From positions 1 through 32,842 of the forward strand of contig JAVEBF010000078.1 of the NCBI GenBank assembly GCA_051941275.1: a stretch of DNA of 32,842 bases, read 5' to 3'. Source of the DNA: Dirinaria sp. TL-2023a. Taxonomy: Eukaryota. Positions 1 to 9,176 of the stretch are shown here, in pieces. Position numbers and translations under genes: made by a program. The notes beneath the pieces were generated by a model, which worked only from the letters and a program-made list of their open reading frames with translations, searched no databases and was not told the DNA's origin. The stretch's first letter is position 1. Each line of letters opens with the position of its first letter.

Positions 1-7
1 GTTTGGG

Positions 8-9
<2 letters not shown>

Positions 10-49
<40 letters not shown>
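10..49. repeat. Poly-T homopolymer (40 nt) at the window edge
   Basis: Uninterrupted T run from 10 to 49, preceded by gtttggggg. It may be a real poly(dA:dT) tract or an assembly-edge artefact. Confidence 0.9.
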
Positions 50-456
50 CATATCAGCGAGATCTTACCGACGGTGCGCAATTCATGATGCTATACCGTA
101 TCTCACAGGTGCCACTTCTCTTCTGCTGCCATCATCCGATACCAATCTTATACGGCGAAGATGGAGAATCTGGAGTTTCAAGTCTCCTTGAGATGGAAGC
201 GGGAAGACCCGGCTTGAGGAGGTGCTGCTGCAATGCCTGCAAAAGGGGGCACGGGAGTAAGGGAGGTAGGTGGAGGGCAGGTCACAGGAGGGCTATGAAG
301 AGTGAGTACAGTTGTGAGGAACGGCTCCACTGTCTGCTAACATCTGAGGTTCATAAAATGGATTGCTGACTCGATAGCTATGCAAAATCTTTGCGAATGG
401 CTGGCTTAATTGCTTTGCAAACTGAATATATAAGACCACAGATGAGGACTTGCCTC

Positions 457-3400
457 TCAAGTACTTGTACTTGACCACTCATCCAAACACCTGGCTTTAC
501 CAAGCGTATCTGGATGATTGGCCCCAATAATTTTTGTACTAAGATCAACAACCCTCTTCATCAATTCGAGAGCATCATCATGCCGTCCTCTGTCCCAGTA
601 CGTTATCGCCAGATTATTCATGCTGATCAGTGTATCAGGATGCTCTTCTCCCAGCACTCTTTTTCTCACGTTCAACACTTGCAACTCCAATTTCTCGACA
701 TCATCCCATCGTCCTTGATCCCAGTAGACTAATGCCAGATTGCCCATGCTCGTTAGTGTATCACGATGCTCTTCTCCCAGCACTCTCTTGCTAGTCTTCA
801 ACACTTGCACATGCAACTTCTCGGCCTCATCCCATCGTCCTTGATTTCGATAGGTTGATGCCAGATTGTTCATGCTACTTAGTGTTTCAGGATGCTCTAA
901 CCCGAATAATTTCTCTCGCAACCCATATGCAGCTAAAATCCTTGTACAAGCAATCTCATACCGCCCTTGCAGTTGATCAAAAACAGCCATATTCCTTAGA
1001 AGAGAAGCAAATTGCTTTGGACAAGCTTCTTTTACGTGCTCGCATTGAATCACTGTTTGTGCGTGCGGCATGAGGGATTCACAAACTGTCCAGTTCTCAA
1101 ATTTGCCTCTAGGGAATGTCTCTGCAAGCACATGCAAGGCTCGTTCTTGCCATTTTTGTTTCGTGCCTTGCACCTCCATCCACCTTCGAGTAGCTAGCTG
1201 CACCAGACGATGTATCTCGTAGTGTGACCCACCGTCCTGGGCGCTGATCAGTGAAAACGCTTGCAGAAGACCTAATGCTGTCGTAACATCAATGTTTCGG
1301 TCGACATCGTTGCGTAGAAGGCTTTTTGGAATTCCCTGTCGATCTAAAACCGCCATAAACAATAGCATCTCTGCGGCACGCGGCTTCTGCTTGCTAATAA
1401 GCTCATATGACAATTTCCATGTTCTGATAACGGAGTTCTGGCTTTCTGAATCTCTTCTGAGGTCTCCAAGGTCTTCATCCAACAGATCCTGTAGGTCGGA
1501 GTCATCAGTGTGTAACATTTCCAGATAGTCTGCCAGCGCAAGGTTATTCTCGCTGATAAAGGCCGCTGCTTGTGTGATTGCAAGTGGTATATGTCCTAAA
1601 GCGTCAACGAGTAACCTTGAATGATCATCATTGCCGTCGTCAAGTCGCTTCGATTGGGATCGCAATAAGTATTGTGCTTCTAGAGAAGACATAATGTTTA
1701 CTGAAATAGATGCATGTCTGTCTGCAAGTCGTTCGCCCACCCGTGAGTCTCTCGTTGTGATTAGTATTAAACCCTGGGAACTCTGAGGTAAATAATCAAC
1801 AAGAGGCATTACGCGCTCGCTATCAGGAGTAGTTGAGGTCGACTTCGCAAAGAATGTATCAACGTCATCAGCATTGTCCAATATCATTAGCCATTGGCCA
1901 TTATCGACTTCATTGAACCATTCAAAGACTAAACGAAGCGTATCGACCTTGGCGTCATCCCACGCAGGAAGATTGAGCTTCCTTGCTATATCTCTATATG
2001 CCTGATTGAGCCGTTGAGCTGTGCTGGAGTGGACCCAGACGACGTGAGCATCGGGGTGGTTGTCTCGATACCGATAACAATACTCGATAGCGATCTGCGA
2101 CTTTCTGGAGCGGTTTCAGCAGCGTACAAGATATACATTCAACCGGACTGCTCACCCAACTCCACCGATACCAGATAGAGCGACGCGGCTTTGCGTTTTT
2201 CTTCGCTCTTCGATAGTCTTGAAATGATCGGGGCGATCGATGAATTTTGCATCTCGGGTAAATGGGACCATAAACAGGGGTTTCGCTGTTCTTGATGAAC
2301 CTGAGAGCGAAATGTTAGCCTGTGGTAATCTCTCCAACATAGGTCTCTTTTGTGGACAGGTCTTGATATCACGCAATTACTTATTTATCTCTGGGATAAG
2401 ACATCTTCTAGGTCATAAGATAAATATTACACCATAGTATCTAGTGGCAAGAACTCTCGAACGGAAGCTAATCGTATACAAGTTAAGTGGGAGCAATACC
2501 GAGTGTGGGCTGCAGCAATTTAACCCATCTTCTCAATTCTCCTAGGACTGATTCATATCCTTTATCGTCTTTGTTGAATTTGGTCATGTCCTACACAATC
2601 AGCAATCGATCATGCGTAAGGGGAAATGTCACTTACCATGTGATTAGCGTGTATGCCATAGCTTGCGTAACCAGGAAGGATTGCAGAGTTCATTTCTACT
2701 ATCTAAAAATGATCAACTCGTTTGTTAAAGCGTGCAAGAACAAGGAAATTTACCTTGCCAATAACGTGCAGTGGAAGCTCTTCATAGAAGCAAGTGATTT
2801 GCATCTCTGACTTCTCATCCTTACGCTTTCTTAGCAAACCATGGAACTCGTCTTGCACTCTGGCAAGCATTTCTGATCCCGGTTCGAGAACAGAGACGAT
2901 ATTGGTGTTCGCATGTTTGACTGTTCTTGCAATAGAGGTTCCAAACTTGGCCCATGCCGCGAGATCTGCTCCATAATGTGGCGTGCCCAGAAACACTATA
3001 CCTATCGTACAAACGCTAATCTGCCTTAAGTGCTTTTCGGGATGCCTTCTGGATAAGCACAAGCAATCCTGCGTAACTAAGCCACCGAGACTATGTACGA
3101 CGAAGACAATCTTCCGGCCTTCCTAGACCACAGCATCAATATCCTTCACGCAAATATGTGAATGGAACCAAAGTCCTACCGTGTCCGAGTTCTCTCTTAG
3201 GCGAGTCAGATCTCCAAGCATATTTAGCGCGTGATTACCGATTCGGTTCTGAGAAACAGGACTCCAAAAATTGACCACGTCCGCATCATACCCGAAGGAC
3301 AGTATTCGGCTCGCTGAGAGATCGCGGCTTAGGAGATTGGCTGGCCAGTGCGTCCCTGACGCCGTGTGAAGCCATGTGCTGGCCGGATCTCCAGTTAGGC

Positions 3401-3707
3401 CGTGGACGAATACAATACTAGAATGAGCGAAGTCATTTTAGCACATTGCAACACGGATCAGCGCAGGAAGGGCTCACTCGACATTAGCCGCTGTTGGCTT
3501 GGACGGCTCATGAAGAACTGTCACGCCGAGTCTTGACACTGTCCTCGTGTCCGGATCGGCCCACAGCTGTGTCGCGGTGGCGATGTCTTTCCTACTTGAC
3601 CCGGTCGCATGGTCCGCAGTATGCTCAGGACCTCCAAGACTTGCGTCCACGCTGGACTGAGCTTTCTTCTCCTTTGATCGGGAAAATAGTTGTCTAGCTT
3701 TCTCCAT
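457..3707 (-). CDS. Fungal NLR-like STAND protein: SesB-like alpha/beta-hydrolase, NB-ARC and TPR domains (~928 aa, 7 exons)
   Basis: Exons on the minus strand: 3707-3478, 3417-3180, 3122-2754, 2702-2637, 2590-2500, 2300-2156, 2104-457. All introns are GT..AG and the total of 2787 nt is in frame. Hydrolase motifs are VDIVFVHGLTG, WPANLL, ILSFGYDA, the nucleophile elbow VHSLGG, GIVFLGTPHYG, CFYEELP and IHANHMDMTKF. The P-loop GIGGVGKS is split by an intron, Walker B is WLMILDNADD, and LGHIPLAITQAAAFI and IHRLVQ follow. The C-terminus has 42-aa TPR repeats (LGEEHPDTL.SM.NLA). Confidence 0.92.
490..970 (-). repeat. 126-bp (42-aa) TPR tandem repeat array, about 4 units, inside the NLR gene
   Basis: Identical DNA blocks lie exactly 126 nt apart: gatgctcttctcccagcactct at 639-660 and 765-786, and catcccatcgtccttgat at 702-719 and 828-845. 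The outer units are more diverged. Confidence 0.88.
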
Positions 3708-4583
3708 ATCGCGTAGGCATTATTTCAAGACGGCTTCGCATTACCAAATTATGCGATAGGAATATATTCGTCTCTTCTTCTCCATGGTCAGGAGACAGCG
3801 ACGATAGAGAATGTCAACATCCTCGAGCTTGAGGGTGAAGCTGCAACTTGAGCTTCAGCCTCGCCATCAGACGTGGCCAGGACTCGCAGCACACTCTGCC
3901 TGATTATTCAGCCTCTCGGCTGTTGTTGCAGATAATACGTTACTTGGCCAGCACTATCTTACCTGTACAGTATGGCTCTGCCTGTCGACCATACTGGTCA
4001 CATCTGCCAATGAGAGCCATTGTGGCTGGCCGTTTAACAACGATCCAATGTCTCGATTGCTATAACAGTAGTGAGGCCAGTCAAAGTTGATTATACAGTG
4101 TATAAAGACTCATCATGAGATCGCACGTCGTTGCTTTGAATCGAGTCGCTTAAATCGAACACGCTGAATTCATCTAGCTAATCTGTATAATGATAGAGCG
4201 GACTGACTATGCTCTTCAACCTATCCACCCAATGACACAGATTGATCTCATCCTTGCTCCTCAAAATTCGGGGACGATTGTTGAGCGAATAATCTAAAGC
4301 TGAAGTCAGCGTGAAGAAAGAGTATGTTAGGCCACAAGTAATAATGCTTCATGCATACAAGGTGCCAAACCTGTAGATACAGAAAATATGATGCTTTGTG
4401 GTAGAGACAACCCGTGCAAAGAACAAAAGACGTAGCACTGAAGTCTTTTGATTCTGATCATACAATCGAAAAGGAATACTGCGAGGATTCATGCTTATCC
4501 TTTTTTTTTTTTAACGTTATGTTCTAGGCACTCATACAAGGCCTCGGACCGTGATGTTCTGTCGCGCTAACACTCCAGCTGCC

Positions 4584-4622
4584 TTACGTAATTACCTACT
4601 TAATTGATATTTACGACGTCAT
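4584..4622. promoter_or_regulatory. Candidate bZIP sites: TTACGTAA palindrome and CRE-like ATGACGTCGT (minus strand)
   Basis: TTACGTAA is at 4584-4591 and ACGACGTCAT is at 4613-4622, about 120 nt upstream of the ATG at 4739. This is a motif match only. Confidence 0.35.
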
Positions 4623-4738
4623 TTTGCTGAGATAGATACCTTCGGTATGGTTCTGCAAATGCTTGAATGACCTATATCATAGGATGAGGAATCCGTTGTC
4701 GAGGAAGCAAGATCTCAGCTCAGCAGCAAGTGACATGG

Positions 4739-7253
4739 ATGTATGCGCTACGGCCTCGTTTGATCCATACTTCGATCGCCAGGCTTATCAGCGGTAGAAG
4801 AGCTCGACCATTTCTAAACTCTTTTGGCTTGGCATCGCCGATAATACATCAGAAGCTATTGAGATCAACTTCTTCTATACAGCAAAATAAGCCACAGATA
4901 TTGCGGCGAGGTCGGCGATTTATGGCGGCCAAGGGTCAAGATGACGCCGAGGCTGGCGGCGATGAGCCACATCTGTCAAATCGACTTAATGAAAGCAGAA
5001 GTCCGTATGTATGTCGTTTTCTAGAGAATTAGAATGATAGGAGGATATGACTAAAGGCTATTTAGGTACGGGCGCATATGGACAATCCAGTGGCATGGCA
5101 GATGTGGGGACCACAGGCTCTAGATCTAGCAAAGAAACATAACCGACTCCTTTTTCTGAGTATCGGTTACGCAGCGTGTCATTGTATGACGGCGCTGCAA
5201 GCAATCTAGATATTCAGCGCTTGCTAACGCAACTGAAGGGTGCCATGTCATGGAGAGGGAGAGCTTTCAATCTCCAGAAATCGCAAAGATCCTCAATGCC
5301 TCCTTCATCCCTATCAAGATCGATCGCGAGGAGCGGCCGGACGTCGATGCCATATACATGAATTATGTCCAAGCCACGACTGGCTCTGGCGGATGGCCAC
5401 TGAATGTCTTTGTAACACCTGATCTTGAGCCGGTCTTTGGGGGAACTTACTGGCCGGGCCCAGAGCACTCCATGACTGCGTCTCTAACTGGCGCGGTGGG
5501 GTTCATTGACATACTGCGGAAGATGAGGGAAGTATGGGCACATCAGGAAGGCCGATGCAGAGAAAGTGCCAAGGAGATCACGCGGCAGTTGAGAGAATTC
5601 GCAGAGGAAGGAGTTCATAGTCATCAAGCAGGAGAAAAAAGTGACGGGGCTGGTTTAGAAATTGATCTACTCGAGGAAGCCTATCAGCATTTCGTTAAGA
5701 AATATGACAAAATCAATGGAGGCTTCGCAATAGCGCCCAAATTCCCAACCCCGGTTAATCTCAGCTTCCTGTTACGGCTTGGCCAATGGCCGGATACTGT
5801 CAGAGATGTTATAGGAGAGGATGAATGTTCACATGCGGCTGGCATGGCTCTCAATACCCTGCGAAACATGGCCAGAGGTGGTATCCGAGACCAAATCGGT
5901 TACGGCTTCTCTCGATACTCGGTGACCACTGACTGGAGCCTCCCCCACTTCGAAAAGATGCTGTATGACCAAGGCCAGCTTTTGGATGTATACCTCGATG
6001 CTTTCTTGATAAGTCGCGACCCCGAGATGCTTGGTGCAGTCTATGATATCGCGACCTATTTGACAAGCCCACCAGTCGCAGCCGCCAATGGAGGATTCTA
6101 CTGCGCCGAAGATGCCGATTCTTACCCTACACCATCGGATACGGAAAAACGGGAAGGTGCCTACTATGTATGGACAATGAGAGAGTTGCGGAACGTGTTA
6201 GGCGATAGAGATGCTGACGTTTGCGCTCGCTTCTACGGCGCCACGCCCGATGGCAATGTAGCAAGAGAGAACGACCCTCATGACGAATTCATTAATCAGA
6301 ATGTATTGAGAATAGCTTCGTCTCCGAAGATCCTCGCCAAAGAGATGGGGATGGCCGAAAGCGACATAGCAAACACACTCAAGCAGGGAAGGAGAAAGCT
6401 TCAAGAGCATCGCGATCGCCAACGCCCGCGGCCGACGCTCGATGACAAGATCATCGTGGCTTGGAACGGGCTTGCCATAGGTGCATTGGCCCGGACCAGC
6501 GCAGTGCTCCAGGGCATCGATCCCGAAAAAGCGAAAGAGTGCCTCTCCGCCGCAGAAGATGCTGTAGCCTTTATCAAGAAAGAACTGTTTGATCCGGATG
6601 CAAAAACGCTTTGGCGTGTCTACCGCGAGGGGCGGGGCGACGCTCCCGGCTTCTGCGATGACTATGCCTTCTTCATCCAAGGCCTGATCGACCTCTACGA
6701 AGCGACCTTCGACGATCGCTATCTCGAGTTCGCAGATACGTTGCAAAAGACACAGCTCGCTCTCTTCCTCTCCCCCCCTAGTCCAGGTTTCTATTCAACA
6801 CCATCGCCTCACCCACCCGATCTGCTACTCCGACTTAAAAACGGGATGGACTCCGCCGAGCCTTCGTCCAACAGCATCTCCGCCTCGAATCTTCATCGCC
6901 TGTCCAGCATGCTTGATGATGAAGAGTACGGTCGACATGCACGAGAAACCATGGCTGCTTTTGAGGCCGAGCTGGAACAGTTTCCGTATACCTTCACGGG
7001 CATGTTGGGTAGCATCGTACGAGCGCAGCTGGGTTGTAAAGGTATCATTATTATAGGGGAAGAAGAGAACCAGGAGGCGATGCAGAAGCTGAGAGCCAAT
7101 ATCGGCGTCGGCATGACAGTAACCAGGCTAGGTGGTGGGAAAGGTGAGTGGTTGAAGAAGAGGAATGCATTGGCAGGCGCTTTGGATGCGTCGAAAGATG
7201 GAGTTTTCGTCTGTGAGAGTAGAGCGTGTAAGGAAGGCTTGCAGTACTTGTAA
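4739..7253 (+). CDS. SPATA20/YyaL-like protein (DUF255 thioredoxin-like domain plus six-hairpin glycosidase-like domain), ~800 aa, probable mitochondrial presequence
   Basis: Exons are 4739-5008, 5066-5183 and 5239-7253 (2403 nt). The spliced N-terminus reads NRLNESRSPYVRAHMDNPVAWQMW...LSIGYAACHWCHVMERESF. Further family motifs are KIDREERPDVD, GGWPLNVF, APKFP, WSLPHFEKMLYDQ, EGAYYVW, DDKIIVAWNGLAI and DDYAFFIQGLIDLYEAT. An alternative in-frame ATG is at 4922. Confidence 0.93.
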
Positions 7254-7464
7254 CCGCACGTCTGAATATGGTATCACTGATTTGATAGGATCACATCAAG
7301 TACTGGAAAGGACAGGATTTTTCTGTTGACCAAGGAATTGCACGAATGTAGAAAGTATATATAAACGATTGATGAGCACGTAATGCTCGGGAGCCAGCGC
7401 CTCGGCGATTTCTCCAACATATCGACAAAGCGACTTATTCTTGTGGCAATTACTCGTTGCGGTG

Positions 7465-8535
7465 CTATGACTTGTCGTTTTCACCATACTTCCCCTGGTA
7501 AAAGCCTCGATAATGCTTCAGAATGCCGGCCTCGCTCACATCTCTTACCTCTTTCGGCGTCAACCTAAAGGTGGTGGCTCGGAGATAATCACTGAGCCTC
7601 TGTTCGTTACCACTAGTAGTGATAACGACGATTCCTTGGTCGATACACCACCTCAGCGCAATCTCGCCTTCACTAACGTAGTATTTCTTGGACAGCGCCT
7701 CCAGAAGCGTATCGCAGGGCCCAGGTCTTGCCTTCCTGATAGGCGTTAACGGGGCATAAGCAGCGGTGGCAATCCCTTTCGATTTCATGTAAGGGACGAG
7801 ATTTTCGTGTTGGAGATAGGGATGGTATTCAACCTGGTTGATGCTAGGCGGGACCTTTGCAGTGGCCAAAGTGACTTCGACCTGCTTTTGGGTGTAATTG
7901 GATACGCCGATGCTGCGTGCTTTGCCTGAGGCTTGTAAGGATTCCATTGCTGACCAGGCGCTCTGGAGTTCAGAGTCCGAGGATGCAAAGAAAGGCGTGT
8001 GGATCAGGTAACTTTCAGCATCATGTCAGCCGCTAGGCTCCGTAACTCGCATGTGGTGCTGTTGCAACAGAACAAAGCTCACAGGTCGAGGTACTCGAGG
8101 CCCAGCTTCTTCAAGCTGGTATCGAGAGCCTTCGGTATGTCACCGACACTCTTGCCGACCTTTGATGTTACGAATAGCTTCTCCCGTGGTACCTTGCTCT
8201 CCTTGATCGCCAGTCCCACCTCCTCTTCATTATTGTATATTTCGGCGGCATCGAGATGGTAGTAGCCTAGTTTAATGGCCGTCTTGATCGAGTCAATAAG
8301 AGCGCGATCGGTTCCGCTGCCAGCATCATGTTTAAACCATGCCGTCCCAGCTACGAGTCACACATAAGCATCACGGATTTTCCCTAATGATGGGCCAGAC
8401 TCACTGCCGTAGCCAATCTACTGATGCGTCAGTTCTGGCTCCACGTTGTATTCGGACGAAATCACGCACCATGGGGATTGACGTGCCATCACTAAGCTTT
8501 AGCGACGGTATTTCGGCGCCTGGTATACTAGCCAT
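7465..8535 (-). CDS. Aldo-keto reductase (~297 aa, 4 exons including a 13-nt microexon)
   Basis: Exons are 8535-8470, 8417-8405, 8350-8083 and 8011-7465 (894 nt). The spliced protein has IPMIGYGTGTAW and the catalytic tetrad D (HLDAAE), Y (IYNNE), K (FVTSKV) and H (DLYLIHTP). It also has GKARSIGVSNY and INQVEYHPYLQ. Confidence 0.93.
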
Positions 8536-8837
8536 GTTCTCTCTTGTTATAGGGAGACTCGCCTAGGGATCTTAAAATGCTAGGAGTTGTTGAATCTAAG
8601 TTCTTGAGATAAATGGGCTGACGAGCATCGGACTTGACGTAGGCGGCGAAACTACCTGGACTTCGATCGATTTGTGCTGTAATTGGGCCAGTGCTCAGCC
8701 CTTCAAGCTTCGCTGTAAGTTTGGAACTTCTTCATCGAGTATCACTCTCGGACGCTACTTCGATGTTGTTATTTTTTGTGTACCTTTGTATGCATCATAA
8801 CTATGAGAGAAGGTGAAATTTGGGGTGATTGCTCCTT

Positions 8838-8890
8838 AGGCCAATCACGCCATCTCCAATTGGCCTGGTAGTGTGAGCATTATTGACTCA
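8838..8890. promoter_or_regulatory. Inverted CCAAT pair and AP-1/Gcn4(CpcA)-type TGACTCA site in the divergent AKR/SelO promoter
   Basis: AGGCCAAT...ATTGGCCT forms an inverted repeat at about 8838-8866, and TGACTCA is at 8884-8890. This is a motif match only. Confidence 0.3.
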
Positions 8891-9074
8891 TCATAAGAAG
8901 GTACTGAACTAGGTAAGATATTACTTGTGACTACCTATTGGTGGGGCACCCATACTGAATTTCAAGTACTACTGTACCTAAGATACGGAGCGCTCGTACT
9001 CTGTGCGCCGGCTTTCAGATCGGACGAGGGGTCGAGGAGTTGCAGGGCTGAAGACGGCATTAAATATCTCGAGA

Positions 9075-9084
9075 ACGACGTCAT
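9075..9084. promoter_or_regulatory. CRE-like element ACGACGTCAT upstream of SelO
   Basis: The 10-mer is identical to the one at 4613-4622 and contains ATGACGT on the minus strand. Confidence 0.35.
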
Positions 9085-9176
9085 AAGTATCAAATAACAA
9101 CTGCCAGTGTCTTGTGGCAGTAGTCGCAGAAAGATTATGATGATGATGGCAACGTAATTGGGATTCCTATCATGTC

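Noticed and set aside
3..369. ORFs 3-191 and 85-369
   Set aside because: The first is a poly-Phe artefact of the T run. The second is short with no recognisable motif.
3478..3707. NLR N-terminal leader as an amyloid signalling motif (HET-s, PP or sigma type)
   Set aside because: It has no G/N/Q-rich pseudo-repeats, and no adjacent HeLo, HeLo-like or gasdermin effector gene is visible in the window.
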